DNA of 64,000 nucleotides, taken from a virus (lineage: Duplodnaviria; Heunggongvirae; Uroviricota; Caudoviricetes). The DNA is taken from IMG/VR virus record IMGVR_UViG_3300024272_000021. One strand, written 5' to 3'. Numbering within the stretch: the first letter of the stretch is position 1; the number at the start of each line of letters is the position of its first letter. The notes beneath the pieces are model-generated. The model was not told where the DNA came from and made no database searches. It saw only the letters and a list, made by a program, of their open reading frames with translations. Of this stretch, positions 1 to 10,003 are shown one piece after another. The position numbers and the translations under genes were made by a program.

Positions 1-48
1 ATAATATAAATATAACCATTTTATCACCATGTTCAACTTCCACATAAT

Positions 49-90
49 TTAAAGGACTGCCAAAAATAACGGCAGTCCTTTATTTTTACT
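49..90. terminator. Perfect inverted repeat (aggactgcc...ggcagtcct) followed by a T-run, immediately past the recombinase stop codon
   Basis: hairpin plus ttatttttac read directly from the sequence. Confidence 0.5.
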
Positions 91-2023
91 TTATGCGCCT
101 TATCCACTTGCATATTTTTAATAACCCCATAAATGATACATTGAAGGTACACCTATATCCCTGTATGTACCCTTCAGTGTATAAATTGAAGAGCATATAG
201 GCATCCTCTTTTGTGCCAGCTATGTAGTTCTTATCTCGCGCTCTCGGTGTTCTTACTATAATCCCAGCGCTTTCAAGCTTATTGATGATTGGCATAAATA
301 CACTATAGTAGCCTTCTTTATAACCTTTGTTTGCAACCTTCTTGTGTAAATCTCCGAAGTGGAATTCTTTCATCTCAAATATAGTATCGATGATTGCTTT
401 CTTATATATGTCTATTGATCCTAAGCTAATGTCTATATGACCACTCATGATTTCATTGAGATTGCCGTTCATGTAAATATCTATTCCTCCGTTGTAATTA
501 ACAATGATTTTGTCTACGAGTAATTTTAATTGCTTTACAGTAAGCGTATCACTTGTAATAATTTCATCAAATAATAACAATGCTTTATTTAGTCCATCTT
601 TAACTTCTTTACTAGAGCTAGAAATACTTTGTTGTTCATCGATTTGAGTTTTTAAAGATTGGATATAATTTGATTTATCATTTATTGCTTGTTGATAAGT
701 TTCTTCAAGTATATCTTTCATTGCAGGATTTTTTATGATGTCTTTTACTTTTTGCTCCATAAGCATTTTTAATTCATTTGTATTTTTATCTAATTCTTTT
801 TGCAGGGCATCTATGGAGTTAATAGCATTGACATCACATACTTGTTTTAATTCTTTTTGAATAATGCTATCTAAATTCTCAATTGCTCCTTTTAAACTAT
901 GCCTACACTGTCTGAGATATACTTTAACAAATTCAATTAATTCATCTTCATATATTCGATTATGATTACAATAATTTGCGCCGTAAGAATTATATGTGGA
1001 GCATACATAATATCTTCTTTTACAAACGCCGCTTCTTGGAGTTAGAGGTTTGCCACAATCTCCGCAGAATATTAACCCAGTAAAGATATTAATATGTTTT
1101 CTCATTCCTTTATGATGTTTGGTTGCTCTTTCTTCTTTAATTCTTTGTGCAAGATAGAATGTTTCTTTATCTATAATTGCTTCATGATGATTTTCAAATA
1201 CTATATGTTCACTTTTATCTCTTTTGACGTTCTTTCCGTGAATTCCTAACACTTGCATCTTTCTTTGTACTAGTGTACCTATGTAGAATTCGTTACTGAT
1301 GATTCTTTTTATATGTGTTGAAGACCATAACGCGGCGGTAGTTCTCTTACTTGGATCTAGTCCACTTTCCTCTCTGATTCTTTCCAGTGCTTGTGTTGGG
1401 GTAGGAATTCCTTCATCATTAAGTATTCTTGCTATGTTCATTCCACCATAGCCATTGACGTATAAATCAAATATTTTTTTAATATATGTACTTGTAATAG
1501 GGTCTACTTCGAAGGCATGCTTTTTACCATATATTCTTCTATACCCATAAGGCACATTACTGATCCACTTACCCTCTTTTTGTTTTGAATGTATAACTGC
1601 ACGAACCTTTTTACTGGTATCTTTAACGAGCTTTTCATTTGCCCAGGTTGTGATACCAAGCATTGAATCATCATCTGTTAGGTTGTTGTAATTATCGCCT
1701 ATACTAATTAATTCAACTTGTTTTTGAATTAAGTCTTCATTGAATAACTGCACTCTGGCACTATGTCTTGCCAATCTAGATAAGTCTTTTACGATTATGC
1801 CTTCAATTAGTCCATCGTCGATATCTTGTTTTAGTCTATCAAATGCTGGTCGGCTCCAAAGATATCCGCTTATACCATCATCAACGTAAAATTCAGTGAT
1901 TTCATATCCACGTTCGTTGGCGAATTGTAAAATAATTTTTCTTTGATTTGCTATTGACATAGATTCAAAATTACAATTATCATCTTCACTTAATCTTAAA
2001 TATGCAACTCTTTGATTTGACAT
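86..2023 (-). CDS. Large serine recombinase (resolvase/invertase catalytic domain plus recombinase and zinc-ribbon region)
   Basis: N-terminal AYLRLSEDD...QRKIILQFA serine-recombinase motif; 645 aa; Cys cluster in the middle. Confidence 0.85.
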   Translation of the reverse strand: MSNQRVAYLRLSEDDNCNFESMSIANQRKIILQFANERGYEITEFYVDDGISGYLWSRPAFDRLKQDIDDGLIEGIIVKDLSRLARHSARVQLFNEDLIQKQVELISIGDNYNNLTDDDSMLGITTWANEKLVKDTSKKVRAVIHSKQKEGKWISNVPYGYRRIYGKKHAFEVDPITSTYIKKIFDLYVNGYGGMNIARILNDEGIPTPTQALERIREESGLDPSKRTTAALWSSTHIKRIISNEFYIGTLVQRKMQVLGIHGKNVKRDKSEHIVFENHHEAIIDKETFYLAQRIKEERATKHHKGMRKHINIFTGLIFCGDCGKPLTPRSGVCKRRYYVCSTYNSYGANYCNHNRIYEDELIEFVKVYLRQCRHSLKGAIENLDSIIQKELKQVCDVNAINSIDALQKELDKNTNELKMLMEQKVKDIIKNPAMKDILEETYQQAINDKSNYIQSLKTQIDEQQSISSSSKEVKDGLNKALLLFDEIITSDTLTVKQLKLLVDKIIVNYNGGIDIYMNGNLNEIMSGHIDISLGSIDIYKKAIIDTIFEMKEFHFGDLHKKVANKGYKEGYYSVFMPIINKLESAGIIVRTPRARDKNYIAGTKEDAYMLFNLYTEGYIQGYRCTFNVSFMGLLKICKWIRRIK

Positions 2024-2282
2024 TGATGTACCTCCTTTGTACTTTGTATGTACCTTAAATGTATTATATCATAATGCATAAAATTTTGTAAATAAAAAAA
2101 TATCAGACTATTGAGCCTGATACTTGGTTTTAATAAGTTCTTTAATAATTGATATAGTATCTTTGTTGCCGCCTATAAATGTAACTGTTCTATATTCATT
2201 ATTTGTATTTTGTTGTAGTTTATCTTCTTTTGATTTATGTATGTATATTGTTCTTTTCTCCATATGATCACCTATATAAAAA

Positions 2283-2312
2283 TAGCGGCGATATTTCTAT
2301 CGTCGCTATTAA
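2283..2312 (-). terminator. Rho-independent terminator downstream of the dUTPase gene
   Basis: agcggcgata/tatcgtcgct hairpin followed by a T-run on the minus strand. Confidence 0.5.
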
Positions 2313-2320
2313 GTTGTATA

Positions 2321-2887
2321 TTACTTTCCTGAACTACCAAGTGCTCCAAGACCACGTTCAGAAGGAATAGCCTTTAGATATTCGTATATCAGTTCTTCGA
2401 CTTCTACCTCTGGTACAGGAATGACTAGCGCCTGTGCAATAGCCTTGGAATACGGATAAACAATCATACACTCGTCAACTTCTTCTTCAGATAATTCAAA
2501 TGGTCCAAAGATGAGGTGATCTGGCTTACACATGAGTGCTGCGGTGTCCATCTTGTCAAGTTTAGAAATTACTACATCGCATTCTGTAGTATTAGTCAAC
2601 CCGACAAACCACTCATTTCGATACCCACTGTCTAGAACTCCACAACGGAGAGCAATACCCTTTGATCCAGTGCTACCACGCTCTCTAAGCAGGAACCCAT
2701 ATTCGGGATCACAACTACTTGCAATGCCAGTCGGAATTAGCTTGGTTTCATGAGGCATGATAACAATATAATCTTCATCAAAACAGGCATAGATATCAAA
2801 TCCCATATCTTCTTCGCGCTTGCTAGGAATAATTGCATTAGGTTTTACTTTAGCAAATTTAACGTTAGCTTTCATATATGCCTCCAA
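2321..2887 (-). CDS. dut: dUTP diphosphatase (trimeric dUTPase family)
   Basis: GFDIYA-type motif and C-terminal RGLGALGSSG motif V. Confidence 0.7.
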   Translation of the reverse strand: MEAYMKANVKFAKVKPNAIIPSKREEDMGFDIYACFDEDYIVIMPHETKLIPTGIASSCDPEYGFLLRERGSTGSKGIALRCGVLDSGYRNEWFVGLTNTTECDVVISKLDKMDTAALMCKPDHLIFGPFELSEEEVDECMIVYPYSKAIAQALVIPVPEVEVEELIYEYLKAIPSERGLGALGSSGK

Positions 2888-3196
2888 TTAAAATAGAAAG
2901 TGATTTATTATGTCGCCCAGAGTTGGAATATCAATGTTAGTATTCTTAATTGTATAAGCACCATAATCATGCATGTATTTCTTAAATAGATCATTGGCAT
3001 GCTCATATGCCTGAGATACTTCCTCGTAACGAGCTATCTGTTCTTCCTTCATCTTGGCTTCTACCGCCCTTTTGGTTTCCTCTTCCTGCTTCTTTAGACA
3101 TGCTGCTTCGCAATGCATACGCTCTGTAATAGAATCATAAATCTTGTCGCATATAGCGCACTTATACTGGGGCTTAGTGTACATCTTGTTTTCCAT
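2888..3196 (-). CDS. Hypothetical protein, CxxC zinc-finger N-terminus with a coiled-coil region
   Basis: ORF; conserved promoter motif 19 nt upstream. Confidence 0.45.
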   Translation of the reverse strand: MENKMYTKPQYKCAICDKIYDSITERMHCEAACLKKQEEETKRAVEAKMKEEQIARYEEVSQAYEHANDLFKKYMHDYGAYTIKNTNIDIPTLGDIINHFLF

Positions 3197-3214
3197 AATT
3201 CTTTACTCCTTTTA

Positions 3215-3233
3215 CATTAATTTTGTATTGTTA
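3215..3233 (-). promoter_or_regulatory. Conserved promoter/leader motif (plus-strand reading cattaattttgtattgtt)
   Basis: 19 nt upstream of the 2888-3196 start. Confidence 0.5.
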
Positions 3234-3428
3234 GTCGTTGATAATACGGTAGAGACCGCAATGACATTCTCCGGGCTCTCCTCTATCAATTTGTTCTCTA
3301 AACTCTTTGCAGATACACTTATTATCATCGTTAAAAGAAATTACACAGGCGCAATGGCCATTATTCTCTTTAATCTTGGCACGAATTTCTGCTACGAGTT
3401 CTTTGTCGGGGTTTGTAACTACTTTCAT
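3231..3428 (-). CDS. Small Cys-rich protein with a CHC motif resembling ferredoxin-thioredoxin reductase catalytic subunit
   Basis: GHCAC...CIC...CHCGLY pattern; sits inside the RNR/redox gene block. Confidence 0.3.
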   Translation of the reverse strand: MKVVTNPDKELVAEIRAKIKENNGHCACVISFNDDNKCICKEFREQIDRGEPGECHCGLYRIIND

Positions 3429-3916
3429 GATTCACTCACTACCTTTGCATATTGATTGTCACTGGCAAGCTTAATTCCCAAGGTCTGATCATAATGTGGT
3501 TGTTGGTTTGGGATATATCGTCCAAACTTTACTATGATTGGGCCGTAATACTTTAGCCATTCTAACTTATCTTGAATTTCTTCTTCTCTATAACCAGTGT
3601 AAATTACAACTTCGTCTGGACTCCAGTACCTGAAATTTAGCAGGAAACACTGTAGGTCATCCCAACTATCCATAGGCTCTAATCCACCACACACTACAGC
3701 TTTAGTAATTGGATTATCCATATATCTTTCAATTAGTGAATTGACATGGATGTTAATATCGGGGGCTTGTGCGAGAGCACTGTTTTGACAACAATGCTCG
3801 CCGCACTCCTTTTCGCATTTCCATGTACAAGATGGAAATCCTATCACCATAGCTGGTTTTTTATAGCTTGTAAAATCTTCGTCTCGAATTTCTTTCACAA
3901 TCATATTAATCACCAA
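3425..3916 (-). CDS. nrdG: Anaerobic ribonucleotide reductase activating protein (NrdG-like radical SAM)
   Basis: CTWKCEKEC cysteine cluster and VVCGGLEP motif; adjacent to NrdD. Confidence 0.55.
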   Translation of the reverse strand: MVINMIVKEIRDEDFTSYKKPAMVIGFPSCTWKCEKECGEHCCQNSALAQAPDINIHVNSLIERYMDNPITKAVVCGGLEPMDSWDDLQCFLLNFRYWSPDEVVIYTGYREEEIQDKLEWLKYYGPIIVKFGRYIPNQQPHYDQTLGIKLASDNQYAKVVSES

Positions 3917-4424
3917 TTATAGAAGTTTCACCATACATCTGCGCAGTATCATACCACTCTCTAGCAGAGAACTCCTTAAACCTTTCTTTACTATAAGATC
4001 TAGAAGGTGTTAAGAAACCAACAACTCTTTGATATGTATCGCAAGCGGGTTTACCACACTCAGGACAAATCTCAGCGTCTACAAATCCATGATGATTTTC
4101 ACATACATTAATTTTAGTGTTGTAGCAGAAATAGATAACGCCCTGGCTTGCAATGTAGTTGAGCATTTCCCAAGCCATATCTGCATTCGGGAAGTTATTG
4201 TCGATATTAATATGCGCTATAGCTCCACCTGAACACTTATTATCCAAGATGGCACTCGTTCTAATCTTTTCATTAATAGTACATTTTTCAGTGAGAGGGA
4301 TCCACTGATTACTGTAAATGAAATTGTCGTGTACATCGAAAAGAATATTATCTTTAGCACAAAGCTTTACTGCTGCTTGTTCTGCCAATTCTGTTACTTT
4401 TTTGACCAACTTATTTCTTACCAT
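3906..4424 (-). CDS. nrdD: Anaerobic ribonucleoside-triphosphate reductase NrdD, C-terminal piece (glycyl-radical and Zn-ribbon region)
   Basis: RVVGFLTP glycyl-radical-like motif and CPECGKPAC zinc ribbon; continues the 502-aa N-terminal piece. Confidence 0.7.
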   Translation of the reverse strand: MVRNKLVKKVTELAEQAAVKLCAKDNILFDVHDNFIYSNQWIPLTEKCTINEKIRTSAILDNKCSGGAIAHINIDNNFPNADMAWEMLNYIASQGVIYFCYNTKINVCENHHGFVDAEICPECGKPACDTYQRVVGFLTPSRSYSKERFKEFSAREWYDTAQMYGETSIIGD

Positions 4425-5350
4425 TTTGCTTTAATAGCATCTGGCCCTTTATTGAACCTGATATTAAATTGCTCAATAATATCAGGATTGTTTCGTAAAG
4501 ATGTTTTATAGTTTTCGGTTTTAAAACCAATATCTGTATCATATAAAATTTTATATTCCAAATGATGTTCTTGACAGTATTTTTTTGCTGCTATAACTTC
4601 TGCTTCGAATCTTTCTGGATTGGTATAATTTAAATGATCAGATGGTTTAATTTCAATTAAATATTTGTCGTTTACTAATGCATCTGGAGTATAATGACTG
4701 CTTTTTGATAATTTAATTTGAAAAGGTTCTACATCATAGCATTCAACTGCATCGTTTTGCTCGAATAGTATAAAATAATTTAATTCTAACAAACTTCTAA
4801 AATAAACGTCTTTTTGTCCTTTAATGGAAAACATATAACCTTGTATTCCTCTGCCCATTTTAGCGTTTTTATAACACCCTCTGGCCCATGCATCTGAAAA
4901 CTTTTTTGGATCATTCCAAATTTCTCCTGATGCATATTTTGTAATCAACGTATTTGATATTTTTTGTCTGATTTCTGGCGTTCTTTCATAGCCTACGGGC
5001 GTTATCCCTTTATGGGACGCGCTTAAGTGCTGCACTCTTTCGTCCGAAAACGTTTGTCCAAAGGATGAATTTCTGCGCCCATAACTTTTACTAGTTTGAG
5101 GATTTAAATTATTTATAATTGAATTCATTTGATGATATGAATAATCATATAACGTTGCAATTTCTCCAATGCATAATTGATATTCATCATACAATATTAA
5201 AACATATTGTAAATCTTTTTGAATTACACCATTAATAATTTGCATATCATCAATAACCAATAACGGTTTCTTGTAGTGTTGAATTATGATTTTATTTCCT
5301 GTAATTTCCACCTCTCCAAATATTTTTCCTGAAGAGTTTTTACAAAACAC
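4418..5350 (-). CDS. Homing endonuclease: NUMOD3-type DNA-binding repeats plus a C-terminal PD-(D/E)xK nuclease motif
   Basis: LSASHKGITP...TPEIRQKISNTL NUMOD-like repeats; YTPDALVNDKYLIEIKP matches PD...E-x-K; lies between the two NrdD pieces. Confidence 0.6.
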   Translation of the reverse strand: MFCKNSSGKIFGEVEITGNKIIIQHYKKPLLVIDDMQIINGVIQKDLQYVLILYDEYQLCIGEIATLYDYSYHQMNSIINNLNPQTSKSYGRRNSSFGQTFSDERVQHLSASHKGITPVGYERTPEIRQKISNTLITKYASGEIWNDPKKFSDAWARGCYKNAKMGRGIQGYMFSIKGQKDVYFRSLLELNYFILFEQNDAVECYDVEPFQIKLSKSSHYTPDALVNDKYLIEIKPSDHLNYTNPERFEAEVIAAKKYCQEHHLEYKILYDTDIGFKTENYKTSLRNNPDIIEQFNIRFNKGPDAIKAKW

Positions 5351-5640
5351 AAAATCACTTCTTTATTTATCATTTGTTAGTGAGCAATTAATAAGTTGGC
5401 GAAGATGGTTCTTCCAGGAGTGTCTTTACACTCGACCATCTTTCTCACGTTTCATTATAAGATTATATCGTGAGTTCAGACTTTCGCATCTCTGTATAAT
5501 ACCTGCAGAGTTCTACCATTAAGTCGTTCACGCTGCCATTACGCTTGCGCCTTGTTGTCCATCTCTGGAGTTTCAAGTCAATTAGGTAAAATTTTCTTAA
5601 AGTAGTTTATGGATTATGCTACTTTGTGCCCACACATTTT
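4425..5640 (-). mobile_element. Intervening sequence splitting nrdD: the endonuclease ORF plus a ~260-nt non-coding structured stretch (group I intron candidate; boundaries approximate)
   Basis: 5351-5613 has no ORF and no promoter motif; minus strand shows GACTTAATGG / CGAAAG / GTCTGAAC core-like elements; T4 nrdD carries a group I intron. Confidence 0.45.
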
Positions 5641-7122
5641 AGGCACCGACTCAATGTTGAAAGAATATTCATCAGTAAAGCTATCTTTAGTTTCATTGAG
5701 AACATTAAAGATCTTTTCTGCAAATTCCATACCTTCTTCGGTATAGAACTTATTACCAAACTCGTCAGTATGGACATATCCGAACTTTTCAATGGTTTCG
5801 TAAAGTCCGAGAATTCCAACCGTGCAATATTGCTTGTCAATTTCAATACCGCCATCACAATAATTTGGCAGAAGATTCTTTTCTACGTTCCTCTGAATGA
5901 TGTGTCTCACTCTATCAAGTACCTTGCAGCACAGATTAGTTCTTTTCTTAAGAAGACTCAGATACTTCTTTTCTGTCAGCTCTTCGCCTAGTTCGTAGAA
6001 AATGTGTACCAGATTGATTGTATTAACCTTAACGGAACCAATACTAAGAGCGGTGCCTCCAATAGAGTTAATGAAACCACTAAGCTTAGAGGTGTCTGAA
6101 AGGAGTCTACAACAATTACTTAGTGTAGTTACGTCGCTGCTTACAAAGAAATTAGAGTCGTTCCACTTACAGTTGTGGTCTGAGCACCATCTTGCAAATT
6201 CTTCATCGACAAACTTGCCGTTTTTATATAGCAAAGAATAAGTCAAGACCGGGAAGGTAAACATATTTTCCTGTCTAATAGCAGAAACAACTTCCATGAA
6301 TATCTTCTGATGTTTAATAAATTCATCCACATAATCAATAGCAAATGTGCCGTCAGGGAATTCAAGTCCTCCAAAAAGTGCTTCATAATATTCCCTGTCA
6401 AAGATTGAAACATTGACGAAAGCGCTCTGATCTATTCTCATAAAGGGCTGATTAAGTCTATAAATTAGTTTCTGGAATGACTGTCTCGCATAATAGTCTG
6501 GATTATTGATGATATAACCTGTTTCACAATCTTTCTTCCAGAAATAATAAGTCCATACGAGAATATTAGGAATTCCAACTGCGCCTGAAGACCTGTTGCT
6601 CATGAAGCTAATAAACTCAATTACATCATCTACAAATGTAGTAAGATGCTTAGGAGGCTGAGAATTATAATTTTTCAAAAAGAATAAGCCTTCTGTCGCA
6701 AGCCTAGTAAGATCATACGCATAACAGTATGGAACATATGTAGTGGATGGAAAATCATGAAGATAAAATCCTCCAGTATATTCTGTTTCCAACCATTCTT
6801 TTGCGGTCTTTAGTCCATATTCTTTTTTGAGTTCGTAAAAAATCTTATTTGCTGCAATAACCTTATCTATTGCCTTGCCCTTTTCAGTTCTAAAAGATGC
6901 AATATCTTTATTAGAAGCATTTGCATTTGCATCAATAGTAACGTCTGCTACATTCTTATCGACAAAAGCATCAATAAAATCTGAAAAATTCATCTGAGAT
7001 TCGTGAATACCATTTAGTATTTCAAGGTCTTCACCATATTTATCCTTTAATGCATTTAAGGCTCTTTCGAAATCCTTATTAAATTTTAATGTTATGTCCA
7101 TATTTACTGCTCTCCAATCCAT
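5614..7122 (-). CDS. nrdD: Anaerobic ribonucleoside-triphosphate reductase NrdD, N-terminal piece
   Basis: 502 aa with class III RNR-like body, ending ...ESVPKMCGHKVA at a stop codon. Confidence 0.7.
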   Translation of the reverse strand: MDWRAVNMDITLKFNKDFERALNALKDKYGEDLEILNGIHESQMNFSDFIDAFVDKNVADVTIDANANASNKDIASFRTEKGKAIDKVIAANKIFYELKKEYGLKTAKEWLETEYTGGFYLHDFPSTTYVPYCYAYDLTRLATEGLFFLKNYNSQPPKHLTTFVDDVIEFISFMSNRSSGAVGIPNILVWTYYFWKKDCETGYIINNPDYYARQSFQKLIYRLNQPFMRIDQSAFVNVSIFDREYYEALFGGLEFPDGTFAIDYVDEFIKHQKIFMEVVSAIRQENMFTFPVLTYSLLYKNGKFVDEEFARWCSDHNCKWNDSNFFVSSDVTTLSNCCRLLSDTSKLSGFINSIGGTALSIGSVKVNTINLVHIFYELGEELTEKKYLSLLKKRTNLCCKVLDRVRHIIQRNVEKNLLPNYCDGGIEIDKQYCTVGILGLYETIEKFGYVHTDEFGNKFYTEEGMEFAEKIFNVLNETKDSFTDEYSFNIESVPKMCGHKVA

Positions 7123-7310
7123 TCAACTGCTTCTTTAAAATCATAAACTACTCCATCGACCTCAAGCTTAGGAACGGTAACAAAACCCTTTTCCTGCATC
7201 AGCTCAACGTCGTTATTTTCCTCATAGTTAATGCCTTTCTGTTTCAGTTTGGATTCGAGTACGCGGCATTTAGGACAGTGTGTACTATATAGAACGATCT
7301 CCAATATCAA
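7104..7310 (-). CDS. nrdH: Glutaredoxin-like protein NrdH (thioredoxin fold, CPKC)
   Basis: 68 aa, CPKC active site, adjacent to RNR genes. Confidence 0.65.
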   Translation of the reverse strand: MILEIVLYSTHCPKCRVLESKLKQKGINYEENNDVELMQEKGFVTVPKLEVDGVVYDFKEAVEWIGEQ

Positions 7311-7321
7311 TCACCTCCTGC

Positions 7322-7879
7322 TTATTTAGTAAAACAATCCAAAATTATTTCAAGTACTTCCTCTGTTGCTCCTTCGGCATTGACATTGAATAGCTTCACG
7401 TCCTTCTTAAAACGAGAATAATACTTGGTCAATATTTCAAGCTGGTCATACCAATCAACCTGTTCATCTTGTAGCAATCTTTTAATAATCGCCATGTCGC
7501 TATCACCACGTTCTATCATGCGAAGGATGCGTGTGCGTACACTGGCATTAAAATAAATAATATAAATAGACCTTGTTGAATTATATCTCTTGAGTAATGT
7601 TTCTACTCCTGGGATGTCTACCACATACAAAGTGCATTCATCAAGCTGAGCGCTAGTTGTGCCATATCTGTTCCCGTCGTATTCGGTATAAGCCACAAGT
7701 TCTCCGAGATTATCAAATTCAGATTCTTCGATAAAGATATGGCCACGCTCACCATCGTATCGAGGTTTTCTTGTTGTGTAAGACTCTACAGACTTGTGAC
7801 CATATACTTTTTCTAAAAGATTCGCAATGGTACTTTTACCTGAAGCGCTTTTACCTACAAATAAGAATAAGGGATTCAT
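7322..7879 (-). CDS. Guanylate kinase-like nucleoside monophosphate kinase
   Basis: GKSASGKST P-loop; SYTTRKPRYDGERGHIF matches the guanylate kinase signature. Confidence 0.6.
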   Translation of the reverse strand: MNPLFLFVGKSASGKSTIANLLEKVYGHKSVESYTTRKPRYDGERGHIFIEESEFDNLGELVAYTEYDGNRYGTTSAQLDECTLYVVDIPGVETLLKRYNSTRSIYIIYFNASVRTRILRMIERGDSDMAIIKRLLQDEQVDWYDQLEILTKYYSRFKKDVKLFNVNAEGATEEVLEIILDCFTK

Positions 7880-7888
7880 CTGGACACC

Positions 7889-8620
7889 TCAATTCTTGAT
7901 TTTCAATAGAAGATCTCTGGTGATAAATCCAAGGCTTGCAGTCTCTATTTCATCTGTTATCTTTTCAATGCAAGTCTTAACTTCAGGATTGGCGGTGCCA
8001 TTTATGTTGCGTTCTTTAAAAATATGGGCATACTCTGTAAGATTGACCTTAAAAGTGAAATTAGACGGAATAGAAAGCATATAAAGACCACGCTTAACAT
8101 CCTTGTTGTTTTCCATACCTTTTAGAATGTAGCCATTTACTCCGCGAATGTAAGTATTTTCTCCGCATTCAATTTCGGACGGAAGTTCAATGCCGAGATA
8201 CTCAAGCGCTTCATCAGTGGGAATAATTTTGTCCTGATAATATTCAGACATCTCTCCATCTGAGAAATCCGCCAGTCTAGTAGAGGAACGAATAATACGG
8301 TTTTCCATACGCTTTGCGTGGGAATCAAGATCGTCCTGGCCTCCCCTATGTAGACCGTATACACTAATACTGAAATCTAGGAATCTGCTCATTGTAATAT
8401 GCTTAGGACACCACTTAAAAAGAGTATTCAGCCAACCCTGCAGCTTCTCAGTCGTATAAAGTAGAGCGCCTACCGGGCCATGTTCGGGATTAGTGTTGAT
8501 GCAGTTTGCTACTTCATTTCTAATGTCCATCTCAAGATCACGATTTAATGTGCGCTTAGATAGAAACATAGAGATAATTGCATCGTCCCAACCATCAATT
8601 CTATTTAGATATATCTCCAT
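7889..8620 (-). CDS. Putative flavin-dependent thymidylate synthase (ThyX-like)
   Basis: LHRGGQDDLDS fits an (R)HR-x7-S ThyX-like motif; sits in a dNTP-metabolism block. Confidence 0.35.
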   Translation of the reverse strand: MEIYLNRIDGWDDAIISMFLSKRTLNRDLEMDIRNEVANCINTNPEHGPVGALLYTTEKLQGWLNTLFKWCPKHITMSRFLDFSISVYGLHRGGQDDLDSHAKRMENRIIRSSTRLADFSDGEMSEYYQDKIIPTDEALEYLGIELPSEIECGENTYIRGVNGYILKGMENNKDVKRGLYMLSIPSNFTFKVNLTEYAHIFKERNINGTANPEVKTCIEKITDEIETASLGFITRDLLLKIKN

Positions 8621-8632
8621 ACATTTCCTCCA

Positions 8633-8944
8633 TTAAATTAGCTTTGCAAGTTTTTCTGCAAGAATACGTTTTGCATTTGCTTCAATAACATCTCCAATGG
8701 TTTTTTCTGTCTTTGCATTTACATATTCGTGCAATGACATGCCGCAAATTTTATGTTCATTACCCCAACGGCCACCACGAACAATATTGTCAATTTTGGC
8801 ATCTATGATCCTTTTAATTGAATCATCGAGATTCTTTAGAATAGCTTTTTCAACATAAGCATCCATGGCGATCTTGACTTTTTCTTCAAGCTCTTCATTT
8901 TCAAAACTAACATTCAAAATCATTTTAGGATTATTTCTGTTCAT
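8633..8944 (-). CDS. Hypothetical protein
   Basis: ORF with conserved promoter motif 11 nt upstream. Confidence 0.45.
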   Translation of the reverse strand: MNRNNPKMILNVSFENEELEEKVKIAMDAYVEKAILKNLDDSIKRIIDAKIDNIVRGGRWGNEHKICGMSLHEYVNAKTEKTIGDVIEANAKRILAEKLAKLI

Positions 8945-8956
8945 GAATTTCCTCCA

Positions 8957-9253
8957 TTAATTTTGTACTGTTTCCTTAGAATCTTTTTCGTCCTGCTTTA
9001 GAGCCTTGCTACAGAATTCCTCAACCTTCTTAAAGATTCTTTCATACTCACGATGGCTGCAATTAGGTTTATGCCAACCAGAAATCATCTTCATAATAGT
9101 CAGACATGCTGTGCGATAACCAAGAATCATTGCTTGGCCGCGCTCCTTGGTAAGAAAATCGCCCATAGCCTTTTTAAGTTCTTCATGACTCATTTCTGTC
9201 GTATCAACTTCGGCAACGGCTTCATCGATTTCTACATTCTTGTTTTCTTCCAT
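8957..9253 (-). CDS. Hypothetical protein
   Basis: ORF. Confidence 0.4.
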   Translation of the reverse strand: MEENKNVEIDEAVAEVDTTEMSHEELKKAMGDFLTKERGQAMILGYRTACLTIMKMISGWHKPNCSHREYERIFKKVEEFCSKALKQDEKDSKETVQN

Positions 9254-9316
9254 GTTGTCATCTCCTTTCTTATATCGGTATTAATATTATACCACATTAA
9301 TTTTGTATTGTCAAGA

Positions 9317-9796
9317 CTACTTGCGCAGTTTACCGCCCTTCATTGTTACTTTGGTCTTATTAAAATCCTTCAACATATCTTCAAACGGCTTATTGGCAGT
9401 AGAATGCTGGTTTGTTATAGTAAGATCACTTCTCTGTCTCGGCTGATAAGTTCTATTTTCCTGAGTAGTGCGCAGCTTTACAGAATTGCCCTGGAGAGAC
9501 TGGATCTTACTCTTGAATGCCTGTCCCTGCTGACTAGTAAGATAATCATACATGTCTTTAAGCAGTTCATTTTCTTCTTTGGCCGTCCTCCTACGAATAC
9601 GGGTTTCTCGAATAGCCTTATATACAAGATACCCTTGATACATATCTGTCGGAGAACTTAGCTCCGCTTCATGATAGAGGTCATTAAGCTCAGCTTCGGT
9701 CTGTTTAATAATTTCAAGATTCCTCTCATAGTTTTTGACAACATCTTGAAAAATTGTAATGATTGTGCTACTATAATTATTTACAATATTTGCCAT
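9317..9796 (-). CDS. Hypothetical protein, coiled-coil and basic
   Basis: ORF. Confidence 0.4.
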   Translation of the reverse strand: MANIVNNYSSTIITIFQDVVKNYERNLEIIKQTEAELNDLYHEAELSSPTDMYQGYLVYKAIRETRIRRRTAKEENELLKDMYDYLTSQQGQAFKSKIQSLQGNSVKLRTTQENRTYQPRQRSDLTITNQHSTANKPFEDMLKDFNKTKVTMKGGKLRK

Positions 9797-9970
9797 CCTT
9801 TTGTTCCTTTCAATTATTCACCATTTGCAATTATCCATGTCATCAACAAAAAACCAGATAATATGCCAATGGATAGTCCATTTAATAGATTATCCATATG
9901 TATCACCTCCACAAACATTAATTTTGTATTGTTATTATAACACATTTTAACATTTTGTCAAGTATAAAAG

Positions 9971-10003
9971 AGCGTATAGTTTACGCTATACACTCTTTTA
10001 ACA
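9971..10003 (-). terminator. Rho-independent terminator
   Basis: aagagcgtatag/ctatacactctt hairpin followed by a T-run on the minus strand. Confidence 0.45.

Noticed and set aside
3215-3233. Bacteroidetes -7 promoter box TAnnTTTG in the plus-strand reading of the conserved motif
   Set aside because: That orientation would drive transcription antisense to every gene it precedes. The motif is interpreted on the minus strand instead.
4418-5350. Intein as the cause of the nrdD split
   Set aside because: The endonuclease has its own start and stop in a separate frame, and there is a long non-coding spacer, so it is not an in-frame fusion.
9053-9661. Plus-strand ORFs (for example 9053-9661, 16097-16495, 18034-18429, 58663-59529, 61849-62628) in the six-frame track
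   Set aside because: They sit fully inside better-supported minus-strand genes with recognisable domains. They are low-complexity antisense shadows typical of AT-rich DNA.
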